A stretch of DNA of 64,000 bases from Nitrospinales bacterium. Its GTDB lineage: Bacteria > Nitrospinota > Nitrospinia > Nitrospinales > VA-1. The translations under genes and the position numbers were made by a program. Positions 31,400 to 41,976 of this stretch are shown in pieces. The DNA is taken from NCBI GenBank assembly GCA_965262115.1, contig OZ253496.1, forward strand, positions 192,001-256,000. The letters are read 5' to 3'. Within the stretch, counting starts at the first letter, position 1. Every line of letters begins with the position of its first letter. Below the pieces are notes generated by a model. That model was not told the DNA's origin, did no database searches, and saw nothing but the letters and a program-made list of their open reading frames with translations.

Positions 31400-31443
31400 A
31401 CCAAAGTCAAAAATGCAATGGCGGAAGCATTTTTGACTTTGGT
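31400..31443. repeat. Perfect 17-bp inverted repeat abutting dif
   Basis: ACCAAAGTCAAAAATGC-N10-GCATTTTTGACTTTGGT. Confidence 0.85.
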
Positions 31444-31468
31444 TCCCATAATACATATTATGTCAACT
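31441..31468 (+). other. dif: dif site (XerC/XerD chromosome-dimer resolution)
   Basis: GGTTCCCATAA-TACATA-TTATGTCAACT versus E. coli GGTGCGCATAA-TGTATA-TTATGTTAAAT; intergenic; KOPS polarity converges here. Confidence 0.85.
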
Positions 31469-31549
31469 AAGAAAGGCCGGGCCTAAAAGGCAGTGTTTAA
31501 AGGGATTTATGGATGATTTTTAAGGAATTAAGGGCTATACCCTGCCAAA

Positions 31550-32473
31550 CTACTTTAAGGTATCCTTAACAGCTTGAGCGATGTGGTTGGCAGACAGACC
31601 GTATTTCTCGAAGAGCTCCGGTCCGGTTCCTGTTTCAGCGAACTGGTCTTTAACGGCGATGCGTTTGAAGGGTTTGGAAATCTGCGCGTCGAGCAGAACT
31701 TCGCCGACGGCGTCACCCAATCCGCCAATCAAATTATGATCCTCAGCCGTGATGACGGCTTTATGGCTGGATGCCATTTCTATAATGAGGTCGCGGTCAA
31801 TGGGTTTCAGCGTTGAAATATTCACCAGCGTGACTTTGTTTCCGTCGAGCATATCCATTGTTTTCAGGCTTTCCTGCACCATGATGCCGGTGGCAAAAAT
31901 AACCAGGTCAGAGCCTTTTTTCACCACCCTGCCCTTGCCGATCTCGAACTTATAGGAACTGTCAAAAATAGCTTTGACTTTAGGTCTTCCCAGGCGGAAA
32001 TAAGCCGGCCCTTCATACTCAGCCAAAGCGCGGGTGGCTTGAATTGTTTCTTCCCAATCTGCCGGTTGCACAACAACCATGTTGGGGATGGCCCTTGTGT
32101 AGGCGATATCGACAATCATTTGAGCGGTGGGGCCGTCTTCACCCACAGCCAGACCGGTATGTGTTCCCACCAGTTTCACATTAGTCCTGGAATAAGCGAT
32201 GCTGACGAGGACCTGATCCATGGTTCTACCTAATAGAAAGCAGGCGAAACCAGTCGCGAAGGGGATTTTCCCGGTGGTGGCGAGACCTGCGGCGGTGCAG
32301 ACCATATCTGCCTCGGCAATCCCCATATTGAAAAATCGTTCCGGATATTTTTCGCCGAATTTTTTCGAGCGGGTGCTGTCACTGACTCCCGCATCGAGCA
32401 CAACAATGCGCGGATCAGCCCCTATATCTACCAGTGCTTGTCCGTAGGCATCGCGGGTGGGTGCGTCTTTCAT
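31550..32473 (-). CDS. Transketolase C-terminal subunit
   Basis: RFFNMGIAEA, VGEDGPTAQ, AEDHNLIGGLG. Confidence 0.93.
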   Translation of the reverse strand: MKDAPTRDAYGQALVDIGADPRIVVLDAGVSDSTRSKKFGEKYPERFFNMGIAEADMVCTAAGLATTGKIPFATGFACFLLGRTMDQVLVSIAYSRTNVKLVGTHTGLAVGEDGPTAQMIVDIAYTRAIPNMVVVQPADWEETIQATRALAEYEGPAYFRLGRPKVKAIFDSSYKFEIGKGRVVKKGSDLVIFATGIMVQESLKTMDMLDGNKVTLVNISTLKPIDRDLIIEMASSHKAVITAEDHNLIGGLGDAVGEVLLDAQISKPFKRIAVKDQFAETGTGPELFEKYGLSANHIAQAVKDTLK

Positions 32474-33306
32474 ACCAGTTCCTTTAAGGCTTTGTCATAA
32501 TCTTCTTGTGATGGAGCCACACCGTGCCAGGCGGTTTTGCCTTCCATAAAACTAACGCCCTTGCCTTTAATCGTGTCGGCGATGATGACGCGGGGTTTTT
32601 CCGGGTGAAGCGGAAGCTGAAGCACTTCGGTAATGGCTTTCATATCATGTCCGTCAATTCTATGGACATCCCAGTTAAAGGATTTCCATTTATCTTCGAG
32701 AGGCTCCAGGTCTTTCAGGTCTTTGGTAATACTGTCTTGTGCAACCTTGTTGTAATCGACGATCGCAATCAGGTGGTTGGATTTAAATTTGTCGGCGGAC
32801 ATGGCGGCTTCCCAGATTTGTCCTTCGTGCAGCTCACCATCTCCCAGAATGACATAAACTTTGGAGTCATAACCATCCAGCCTGGTTCCGATGGCTATTC
32901 CATGCGCCACGCTCAATCCCTGCCCCAAACTTCCTGAGGCAATTTCGATTCCGGGAGTTTTAGGGTGAGGATGTCCGGAGAGAAAACGTTCGCTGTTAAT
33001 TTTCCGGTAACTGTCGAGATCGGACTCAGAAATATATCCTGCCTTGGCAAGCACCGAATAATAAATCCCCGTTACATGACCCTTGCTGAGCAGAAACCGG
33101 TCTCTTTTGGTGTCGTTAGGATTTTTTGAGTCGTGATTTAAGATTCCACCAAAAAACAGCGCGGCCATTAAATCTGCCGCGGAGAAACTGCCTCCGGGGT
33201 GCCCCGATCCAGCCTGAAAAATGATTTTCAGGGCAAGCCTTCTTAAGTCGAGAGCTATTTTCTCAAGCTCGGTAATGTCTGGGATGGTCCATTGGCTTTC
33301 ATTCAT
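32470..33306 (-). CDS. Transketolase N-terminal subunit
   Basis: SGHPGGSFS, LSKGH, GSLGQGLS, GDGELHEGQIWEA. Confidence 0.94.
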   Translation of the reverse strand: MNESQWTIPDITELEKIALDLRRLALKIIFQAGSGHPGGSFSAADLMAALFFGGILNHDSKNPNDTKRDRFLLSKGHVTGIYYSVLAKAGYISESDLDSYRKINSERFLSGHPHPKTPGIEIASGSLGQGLSVAHGIAIGTRLDGYDSKVYVILGDGELHEGQIWEAAMSADKFKSNHLIAIVDYNKVAQDSITKDLKDLEPLEDKWKSFNWDVHRIDGHDMKAITEVLQLPLHPEKPRVIIADTIKGKGVSFMEGKTAWHGVAPSQEDYDKALKELV

Positions 33307-33443
33307 AAAAATTTTTTATCCGGGAACAAAATTGTGCTCCTGCTTATATCATAACCCTTTTAGTTTTGCGAATTGAAAAGAATAATTTTTCAGAGGGGAA
33401 ATGGTTTTGACTTGGAAGACTAAAACCGCATGCAGTGGACCTA

Positions 33444-34070
33444 TTAAAGGAGTTTGGGCTCTTCAAGGAACTCACTGCAAAGCGACAGGAGGTTTTCAAA
33501 ATTAACCGGTTTGGCAAAGAATGCATTGGCCCCGGCTCCAAGAACTTCAGTTTCTGTATATCTCAAGTCCCCGGAAATCGCGATAATATTAATATTTTTT
33601 GTTTTTTCATCACCTCGGAGATCCTTGCAGACCTCCAAACCATTGATGCCGGGAAGTGTGATATCAAGAATCATAATCGTAGGCTGAAACTGGGCGGATT
33701 TTTTTCCTGCTTCCCATCCGTCATAGGCGGTTTCAACGACAAAGTCGTTCTTCTGAAATATTTTTTTAAGAAGATCACAAAATTTTCTTTCATCATCCAC
33801 CACGAGGACTTTACGACTGGATTTTTCCTTTTCTTCCTTCTCAAGAATTTCCTTGATCATGGAAATGGTGTATCCCTTTTTTTGCAGGGCATAAACCTGT
33901 TTACACCGTTCCTCGACCCAGGCGGGATAATAACCGACAATACCCTTACCTCCCGGATGCCCTTCTTTCACAGGATCTGGGAAAAACCGATATTTTTTCT
34001 GCCACAACCAAAGTGTTTTACGCGTAATCGGAACCACTTTTAAAATATCAGCCGCTGTAATTCTTGTCAT
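33444..34070 (-). CDS. MerR-like HTH plus C-terminal receiver-domain regulator
   Basis: N-terminal TRKTLWLWQKK winged HTH; VLVVDDE, ILDITLPG, FFAKP. Confidence 0.8.
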   Translation of the reverse strand: MTRITAADILKVVPITRKTLWLWQKKYRFFPDPVKEGHPGGKGIVGYYPAWVEERCKQVYALQKKGYTISMIKEILEKEEKEKSSRKVLVVDDERKFCDLLKKIFQKNDFVVETAYDGWEAGKKSAQFQPTIMILDITLPGINGLEVCKDLRGDEKTKNINIIAISGDLRYTETEVLGAGANAFFAKPVNFENLLSLCSEFLEEPKLL

Positions 34071-34525
34071 ATCTTACTTTCTGAAAATGATTTTGATATA
34101 TAGGTTTTACCTGACCCGCTTGACCAGCGTTTGAAACGATAAACCAATTTGCAAAATTATACCACAGTTAATGTAAATTTTGTCCAACCAACCTGCTTCG
34201 AAAATCGGAATTAAAATAAAAATATGAATAAAAAAGTTATTTACTTATGAATTTATGTTACTTTTATTAAAGTAAAGAATTTCTTTATTTTGCTTGAAGT
34301 AATTTGCAGTGATTGCAAGTATCTATCACTTTTTCGCCGGCAGAAACTTATCAAGCCAATCCCCCAAAAATCCGATAAAATATTGATAATCTGACAATTT
34401 ATAAGACTGCCTGATGTTTTCATTCTTGAAAAAATCTGGAAACGGACACTTATTAGGCGTTTCTTTTGGCGAGCCCTTTAAATATAATGATTTTACCCTT
34501 TCATCCTTTTAGAGTCCTGCGGTTC

Positions 34526-36052
34526 ATGAAGAATATTTTGTTTCCCAAACTCCCCGTTTATTTATCCGCCCTCTTTTTTATCTCTGTTTCCTTGGTGCAA
34601 GCCAGTGAGCCTTTGTCTCTAACATTAAAGGAAACGATTGAGAGAGTTTTAAAAAATAATATCAGTATTTCTGTTCAAAGTTATAACTCCAAAATCAACG
34701 AACAATTTATTTTTAATAAGAAAGCGGACTTTGATCCGACCATCGATTTTGAATTCACGCTCAGCGAAGAAACCCGTCAAAGAGCATCAACTCTTGCTTA
34801 CGCGAAATCCAGAAATAAGGATTACGACTGGGATTTATCTATTTCCCAAAAATTTGTCACTGGCGGAGATTATGAATTTTCTATGGATAGTAACAAGAGT
34901 GAGACCAGTTCGTCCTTCACCTTACTCAACCCCGTGTATTCGGCAGATTTGGAACTGACAGTCACCCAGCCCCTGCTCAAGGATTTTGGCATAGATCTCA
35001 ATAAGCGGGAAATCTATATTGCCAAAAACGATCAAAAGATTTCTGACCATCAATTCACCGAAAAAATCATTGATACCCTCACTGAGGCTGAAAATATTTA
35101 TTGGGATCTGGTTTTCCGTATCGAAGACCTGAAGGTCAAGGAGACCTCTCTGCAAAGAGCCCGGGATCTGGAGAAACGGGTCAAAGCCCAGGTCGATGTG
35201 GGAACCCTTGCGGAGTTGGAAATTCTTCAGGCCAAATCGGAGGTGGCCTCAAGAGACGAGCAACTTTTGAACGCGCAAAACCTGATTGAAGATAATGAAG
35301 ACAACCTTAAGAGTATCCTCAACGTATCCTTTGATTCAGAGGAGGGTTTGAAAAAAATAATTCCCGCAGACAGCCCTGTCTTTGAACCGGGCAATAAAAA
35401 ATCTTTAGAAGAAGCATTAAAAGCCGCCCTCACCCACCGGCCCGATATGCTGGCCAAGAAAAAAGAACTGGATAATAGAAATATTGAAGCTAAATATAAT
35501 GAAAACCAAATGCTCCCGACGCTGGATCTGGTTGGGAGTCTGGGCCTGAACGGTTTGAGCGGCGATTCCGGAACAACTGATGGCGCTTACGATACTGCCT
35601 TGTTCGAGGCGTTCTCAACAGAGTTTGGTTTATGGGGGGTTAGCATCAACCTGAGTTATCCACTTGGAAACCGGGCGGCGAAAAGTCAGTTGGCGGCAAA
35701 AAGGCTGGAAGTGGCTCAGTCATTACTGGATATCAAAGATTTGGAAAAAAATATTGTGGTGGAAGTCCGCGAGGCTCATCGCCAAATTGAAACAGACATC
35801 AAAAGGGTTCAAGCCACCCGGGTTGCGCGAAAACTTGCTGAAGAAAAATTGAATGCCGAGGAGAAAAAGTTTGAGGTTGGATTGTCAACCAGTTTCAATG
35901 TGCTGGAGTTCCAGGAAGATCTAGCTGAAGAACAGAGCAATGCGATTAAAGCTGTTATCGATTACAACAAATCTCTTAACCGGTTGAACCAAGTCATTGC
36001 CCGGACTTTGGAGGCGCATGATATAAAACTGGTATCCAGCGAAGACTCATGA
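34526..36052 (+). CDS. TolC-family outer-membrane efflux protein
   Basis: QPLLKDFG, AENIYWDL, KFEVGLSTSFNVL. Confidence 0.9.
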   Translation: MKNILFPKLPVYLSALFFISVSLVQASEPLSLTLKETIERVLKNNISISVQSYNSKINEQFIFNKKADFDPTIDFEFTLSEETRQRASTLAYAKSRNKDYDWDLSISQKFVTGGDYEFSMDSNKSETSSSFTLLNPVYSADLELTVTQPLLKDFGIDLNKREIYIAKNDQKISDHQFTEKIIDTLTEAENIYWDLVFRIEDLKVKETSLQRARDLEKRVKAQVDVGTLAELEILQAKSEVASRDEQLLNAQNLIEDNEDNLKSILNVSFDSEEGLKKIIPADSPVFEPGNKKSLEEALKAALTHRPDMLAKKKELDNRNIEAKYNENQMLPTLDLVGSLGLNGLSGDSGTTDGAYDTALFEAFSTEFGLWGVSINLSYPLGNRAAKSQLAAKRLEVAQSLLDIKDLEKNIVVEVREAHRQIETDIKRVQATRVARKLAEEKLNAEEKKFEVGLSTSFNVLEFQEDLAEEQSNAIKAVIDYNKSLNRLNQVIARTLEAHDIKLVSSEDS

Positions 36053-37374
36053 AAAAAGCCCTGGTTTTTGTCGGGGTGGCGTTTCTCCTGACTGGCATAT
36101 ATTTATTTCTCTATGATTCCAACGGTACGAGGGAAGCCGCAAAGCCTGTTTTCAAAACCTCCCAAGTACTGCAAGGTGACCTGGCTGTAAAAATTTCAGC
36201 TACCGGCATTGTTGAACCTAACTTTAAGGTAGAAGTTAAATCAAAAGCCAGTGGTGAGGTTCTATCCTTTCCCTTTGAGGAAGGCGACTGGGTTAAAAAG
36301 GTAGCACTTCTCTTGCAACTGGATAAATCCGATGAACAGCGAAATGTTGCCAAGGCCCACGCAGAATTATCCAGTTCATCGGCGAAATATAAAAAAGCGG
36401 AAACTGGGCTCCTGCTGCAAAAAACCAAATACGATACCGATATAAAATCCTCCCAGTCAGAAATTAAAACCGCCCTTGCCAACCTCAAGGAAGCGGAAGA
36501 CAAACTGAAACGCCAAATTGGATTGTTTGAGAAAAAGTTTGTCTCACAGGAATCTTTGGATGCGGCCGCAACTCTTTTTAAAGTAAACCAGGAAAATCTC
36601 GTTCAAGCGCAAACCCGGCTTCAGACAGCCGAGGATTCCATTCACGATATCACGATGAAGGAAAATGAGATCGAGCTGGCCCAGTCTGAAGTCAAGCGCT
36701 CTGAGATTGCCATGGATGAGGCAGAAGAAAGGTTGGATGAAACGGAGATATTTGCCCCCATTGATGGAGTTATCATTGAAAAACTTGTCGAAGAGGGCCA
36801 GATCATCGCTTCGGGAATTTCAAATGTGAGTGGCGGGACGGCAATCGCAACCATCGCCGACATGTCACGATTATTCATCATTGCAGATATTGATGAAACA
36901 GATATAGGGTCTGTTAAAATAGGCCATAACGTGCGGATTACGGCGGATGCTTTCCCCGATGAAGTTTTTAAGGGCAAGGTCACGCGCATAGCGCCACAAG
37001 GACTTATCGAAAACAGCATCACCATTTTTAAGGCCAAAATTGAAATCGCGGGTTCCGGGAAGACCCTGCTCAAACCTATGATGTCTGCAAATATAGATAT
37101 CGTTACCTATCAGGTTAAGGGCACGGTGTACGCCAGCCGCGCCGGAATTCGCAAGGATGACGAAGGGGAGTTCGCGGTGGTATTAAGAAATGATCAACCG
37201 GAAAAAATAAGAGTGAAGACGGGAATCAGGAATCCGATTCATGTCCGTATTATTAGCGGGTTGAGTGCGGGTGAAGAGTTGATCCTGGGGGATTGGGAAA
37301 AAATTCTCGAGGAATCTAAGAAAAAGAAAAGTTCTTCTCTCAGAAAAATTCTCTGGATGATTCGCTCGAAGTGA
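36049..37374 (+). CDS. MacA-like periplasmic adaptor
   Basis: VEVKSKASG, IFAPIDG, DIDETDIG. Confidence 0.9.
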   Translation: MKKALVFVGVAFLLTGIYLFLYDSNGTREAAKPVFKTSQVLQGDLAVKISATGIVEPNFKVEVKSKASGEVLSFPFEEGDWVKKVALLLQLDKSDEQRNVAKAHAELSSSSAKYKKAETGLLLQKTKYDTDIKSSQSEIKTALANLKEAEDKLKRQIGLFEKKFVSQESLDAAATLFKVNQENLVQAQTRLQTAEDSIHDITMKENEIELAQSEVKRSEIAMDEAEERLDETEIFAPIDGVIIEKLVEEGQIIASGISNVSGGTAIATIADMSRLFIIADIDETDIGSVKIGHNVRITADAFPDEVFKGKVTRIAPQGLIENSITIFKAKIEIAGSGKTLLKPMMSANIDIVTYQVKGTVYASRAGIRKDDEGEFAVVLRNDQPEKIRVKTGIRNPIHVRIISGLSAGEELILGDWEKILEESKKKKSSSLRKILWMIRSK

Positions 37375-37381
37375 GGTTGCT

Positions 37382-38065
37382 TTGATTGAAGTCGAAAAGC
37401 TCTCTAAGATTTATCAAATGGAAAGGCAACAGGTATCGGCCTTGGCCGGGGTCACTTTCAGGATTGAAAAAGGGGAGTTCGTTGCCATCATGGGGCCTTC
37501 GGGCAGTGGTAAATCCACTCTCATGAATCTTATAGGATGCCTGGATATCCCCTCTTCCGGTAGTTATCGTCTGGAAAATCTCGATATCCAGGACATGAAT
37601 CCTAACCAGTTGGCAGAAGTTCGCAACCGCAGGATCGGTTTTGTTTTTCAGAGTTTCAATCTTCTGCCTTGCGCCACAGCATTGGAAAACACCGAACTGC
37701 CCCTGCTCTATGGCCGGGTTCCCAAAGCGACTGAAATCGCCCTACAGGCCCTTGAACGCGTTGGCTTGGCTCACCGCGCCAAGCATAAGCCCACCGAATT
37801 GTCCGGAGGGGAATGTCAGCGAGTCGCCATTGCCAGAGCCCTGGTGAATAGCCCTGCTATCATTCTGGCAGATGAACCAACGGGAAACCTTGATTCCGTA
37901 ACGGGCAAGGAGATCCTTGACCTTTTTCAGGAATTGAATCAGGAAGCGGTGACCCTGATTCTGGTGACCCATGAACAGGAAGTTGCGCGGCAGGCAAAAA
38001 GAATCATGCAGATGAAAGATGGAAAAATCATAGCTGACACGTCTAATGGAGCGGGACTATGCTGA
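37382..38065 (+). CDS. MacB/LolD-type ABC ATP-binding protein
   Basis: GPSGSGKST, LSGGECQR, ILADEPTGNLD. Confidence 0.95.
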   Translation: MIEVEKLSKIYQMERQQVSALAGVTFRIEKGEFVAIMGPSGSGKSTLMNLIGCLDIPSSGSYRLENLDIQDMNPNQLAEVRNRRIGFVFQSFNLLPCATALENTELPLLYGRVPKATEIALQALERVGLAHRAKHKPTELSGGECQRVAIARALVNSPAIILADEPTGNLDSVTGKEILDLFQELNQEAVTLILVTHEQEVARQAKRIMQMKDGKIIADTSNGAGLC

Positions 38066-39267
38066 TATGGGATTTGTTTAAAATGGCTCTTAGAAGCCTG
38101 GTGACCCACAAGCTCAGGACGTTTTTAACCGCTCTGGGAATTATTATTGGCGTGGCATCGGTGATTTCGATGATCGCTATCGGCGAAGGGGCCAAGCGCC
38201 AGGCTCTGAACACGATTTCCAAGTTCGGCACAAACATCATCACTATCAAGCCGGGACAAAAGAAATCCCGACATGTGACATCAGGCAGGGTCGACACCCT
38301 CACTCTGGATGACGCGAATTTCATCGAAGAAAACATTCCTCTTATCACTGGTGTCGCGGCGCAGGTTTACCGATCCGCCCAACTTAAATTTGAGAATAAG
38401 AATACCAACACCACGGTCAGGGGAACGGGAGCCAGTTACGCGCGTTTAGCTAATTTCGAAATGGATCGGGGGCGTTATTTCAACAATGAAGAAATAAGGT
38501 CTGCGAAAAGAATTTGTGTCGTGGGTTCTACAGTAGTGAAGAATCTTTTTGAAGGCCGGAATCCGTTGGGCAAAACTATTAAGGTGGATGGGAAGAACTT
38601 TTTAGTCATCGGCACCACGGTGCCAAAAGGAGCACTGAGTTGGTATGATCCTGACGATCAAATTTTTATTCCGGTCACCACGGCGCAAAAACGGGTTTTC
38701 GGGATGAAGCATGTCCAATCCATTGACGTGCAGGCTGGCCAAATTGATGATCTGGAAATTATTAAAGAGGATATCTCCCGGATTCTCCGGCAGAAACATA
38801 ATATTGCTGAAGGCAAGGAAGACGACTTTTATGTGCAGAATTCTTCCCAGTGGCTGAACAGCTGGGGGGATGCGGCCAAAACGTTCACTTACCTGTTGGG
38901 GGGCATTGCCGCAATTTCTCTCATGGTTGGGGGCATTGGAATTATGAATATTATGCTGGTTTCTGTTACCGAGCGCACCCGGGAAATAGGCATCAGAAAG
39001 GCTATTGGCGCCAAGAAAAAAGAGATTCTGGCGCAATTCCTGATAGAATCCGTTTTGATTAGTTTTCTGGGCGGTGGCATCGGTATTTTGTTGGGGATAG
39101 GAATCTCTCGTGTTGTTTCAGACCTTGGAGATTGGGAGACCATCGTCTCTACCCAGTCCATTATCCTGGCTTTTGGTTTTTCGGTAGCAATTGGTGTTTT
39201 TTTCGGTTTCTACCCCGCCAATAAGGCGGCTAATCTGAACCCTATTGACGCACTTAGATATGAATAA
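38059..39267 (+). CDS. MacB-type ABC permease
   Basis: GGIGIMNIMLVSVTERTREIGIRKAIGA, PIDALRYE. Confidence 0.95.
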   Translation: MLIWDLFKMALRSLVTHKLRTFLTALGIIIGVASVISMIAIGEGAKRQALNTISKFGTNIITIKPGQKKSRHVTSGRVDTLTLDDANFIEENIPLITGVAAQVYRSAQLKFENKNTNTTVRGTGASYARLANFEMDRGRYFNNEEIRSAKRICVVGSTVVKNLFEGRNPLGKTIKVDGKNFLVIGTTVPKGALSWYDPDDQIFIPVTTAQKRVFGMKHVQSIDVQAGQIDDLEIIKEDISRILRQKHNIAEGKEDDFYVQNSSQWLNSWGDAAKTFTYLLGGIAAISLMVGGIGIMNIMLVSVTERTREIGIRKAIGAKKKEILAQFLIESVLISFLGGGIGILLGIGISRVVSDLGDWETIVSTQSIILAFGFSVAIGVFFGFYPANKAANLNPIDALRYE

Positions 39268-39448
39268 CCCCCTAGCGAGGGAGGCAGCACAGCATTCCCA
39301 CATTGCGGACTGAGCACTCAAGCGCAAGACTTTAAGGGTTTCCCCGACCGGCGGGCTTGCTAACAATATTAAAACATTGCTCATTGTACCCCTGCGGGGC
39401 ATGAGGGCTAATGAATGACAGCACAACCCCAGCGTCACGCTGGTTAAA

Positions 39449-40928
39449 TATGGATATCCTGCCCGATAAAAATACATTTATGCGATTGGGGGCATCTTCA
39501 TCGCGTATCCCCGTCTGTGGGCAGGAAAAAATTCCCGGTCTGGACCTTTCCACTTTATTTCAGAAGCTTTTTCCTCAAACTGCAAACTCCTTCCTGTTCG
39601 AAAGCGCAAACGGGCCGGAGGAGACAACCCGATACTCCTTAATGGGAGGAGGCTGTTCAAAAATATTAGAGATTGCAGAGCAACGGGCAAAACTATTTCA
39701 GAAAGGTCAGTTGGTTTCAGAATGGGATCAGCCAGGTCCCGCCATTGATCTGTTAAATTTTGAACAAAATGTGCGTCCCATGGATCACCTGCCCCATTTC
39801 TGGGGCGGCTGGGTGGGATTCATCGGTTACGAAGCGGGTGCATGGTTTGAGTCTCTGCCTGTCAAGGAATCGCGCAATTTGACCGACTTGATGTTCATGG
39901 AGGTGGAGCGATTATTTTTATATGACCATATCACTGAAGAATTAAAATTCGTTCTTTCTCCAAAAACAAACGGAACAGAGAATGACTATGATGAACTCTG
40001 TCAGGAAATTCAAAGAGCCTGGAAAGATATTTATCGGGCTTTGGAAAATATCGGCGAAAGATCGGAGTCAGAGATTCTCAACTCCCCATCATCCTCCCGT
40101 TCCTCTAATGGTCTGAGATCCAATTTAAGTGAGACGGATTATACCGAACGGGTAGAAAAGGCTAAAAACTATATCCGCGAAGGAGATATTTATCAGGCCA
40201 ATCTCGCGCAAAAATTCACAACACCGTTTACAGGCAGTCCCTTCGAGCTTTATGGTAAGCTCCGGCAGGTCAACCCTGCCCCTTTTTCAGGGTATTTAAA
40301 TTTTCAGAAGTTTTCACTGGTCAGTTCATCTCCCGAGCGTTTGGTAAAAGTTCATGAACACCGGATTGAGACACGACCCATAGCAGGCACCCGGCCTCGT
40401 GGGTTAAAAGATGAGGAAGATAAGGCTCTCTCTCTGGAATTGTTGTTGAATCCGAAGGAGCGTGCCGAACATTTGATGCTGGTTGATTTGGAGCGCAACG
40501 ATTTGGGACGCATCTGCCAAGCCGGATCGGTTTGTGTGACCGATTTCATGTTTCTGGAAAAATATTCGCATGTGAGCCATATCGTCTCTAATATAACGGG
40601 GAATCTTAAACCTGAGATCGGTGTTTATGATATTTTGAAATCTGTCTTTCCCGGAGGGACCATCACAGGTTGTCCCAAGATTCGTTGCATGGAAATAATT
40701 TCTGAATTGGAGCCGGTTATGAGGGGCCCTTATTCCGGCTCATTTGGATATATCGGTTTCGGCCCTTATATGGACTTAAACATCATCATTCGTTCTATTG
40801 TGATCTGTGATGAGACAGCCAGTTTCCATGTGGGAGCAGGTATTGTGGCAGATTCCAACCCGCAAAAAGAGTACCAAGAAACCTTGGACAAGGCCGCAGC
40901 AATGATAGAAGCCTTATCACACCACTAA
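39449..40928 (+). CDS. pabB: Aminodeoxychorismate/anthranilate synthase component I
   Basis: GDIYQANL, SSPERL, RPIAGT, AEHLMLVDLERND, FPGGTITGCPK; lies beside a class IV aminotransferase. Start codon uncertain. Confidence 0.8.
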
Positions 40929-41067
40929 CCCTGTAGGTGTGAGCAAGAACTCATTATACCTTGGGCTTTTAGGCACGAAAGCTAATGGAGAATATCACTT
41001 GATACTAGCCCCACGCCGAGTGGTTGCAAGTCATTAGCGGAGGTTCTCCGTAGATTGAGAGGGGCGG

Positions 41068-41934
41068 ATGCAAAACTCTATTGTTTACATAAACGGATTG
41101 TTCACCCCGCTTGAAAAGGCAAATGTTTCCATATTGGACCGGGGCTTCTGTTACGGAGATGGCCTGTTTGAAACCATGCGTGCCTGTAAGGGAAACATCT
41201 TCAGGCCCGATCGCCATTTGGAAAGACTGTTCGAATCCCTGCCATTAATTTTTATCGATTTACCCATGACCCGGCAGGAGGTTAAGGCTGTGGTGCAGGA
41301 AACTCTCGACCGGAACAAGTGTAAAAATGCCATCATTCGTTTGACCGTCACCCGTGGTATCAACGAGCCAAATTTTCAGATAGACCCAGAATCCCCACCC
41401 ACTTTAGTAGTGCATGTCAGGCCTCACCAACCTCTGCCGAAAGCCATTTATCGCAAAGGGGTTCAGATCACCCTGCTGACCATGTCGGCACCCGTTTTGC
41501 CGGGCGTGAAAAAGAACCTTAAGACTTGCAACTTCCTTTCTAATATTCTGATCCGGGAAATTTCCCGGCGCCGAGGAAGTATGGAGGGGATTATTGTAGA
41601 TCCTGTTCTGGGCGTGACAGAGGGTGCCACCAGCAACCTGTTTATTGTGAAAGAGGGGGTGCTTAAAACTCCGGCCGTCAATAATAGTGTGCTGGAAGGA
41701 ATCACCCGCCGGGTTGTCCTTGAAATCGCCAGGGATCATAAAATCCCTATTGAAGAAGGCCTGTTGCTTACAGAAGATGTTCTAGCTGCAGATGAGGTGT
41801 TCATCACCAATTCCGGGATTGATATTGTTCCTGTGATTCGGGTGGACGATACATATATTGGCAACAGAAAACCGGGAATCCTGACCTGCTTTTTGCAGGA
41901 TAAATTTTTAAAATGCGTTGAAGAAGCCCGTTAA
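41068..41934 (+). CDS. Class IV aminotransferase (PabC/IlvE-like)
   Basis: DRGFCYGDGLFET, EGATSNLF, LEGITR. Confidence 0.88.
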   Translation: MQNSIVYINGLFTPLEKANVSILDRGFCYGDGLFETMRACKGNIFRPDRHLERLFESLPLIFIDLPMTRQEVKAVVQETLDRNKCKNAIIRLTVTRGINEPNFQIDPESPPTLVVHVRPHQPLPKAIYRKGVQITLLTMSAPVLPGVKKNLKTCNFLSNILIREISRRRGSMEGIIVDPVLGVTEGATSNLFIVKEGVLKTPAVNNSVLEGITRRVVLEIARDHKIPIEEGLLLTEDVLAADEVFITNSGIDIVPVIRVDDTYIGNRKPGILTCFLQDKFLKCVEEAR

Positions 41935-41976
41935 ACGTGATAGCTTTCCATTTCTTTTATTCTGGATACTATATTT

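Noticed and set aside
33435..34043. 202-aa plus-strand ORF and similar antisense ORFs (e.g. 16193-16951, 18448-19266)
   Set aside because: They overlap well-supported genes on the opposite strand and have no motifs.
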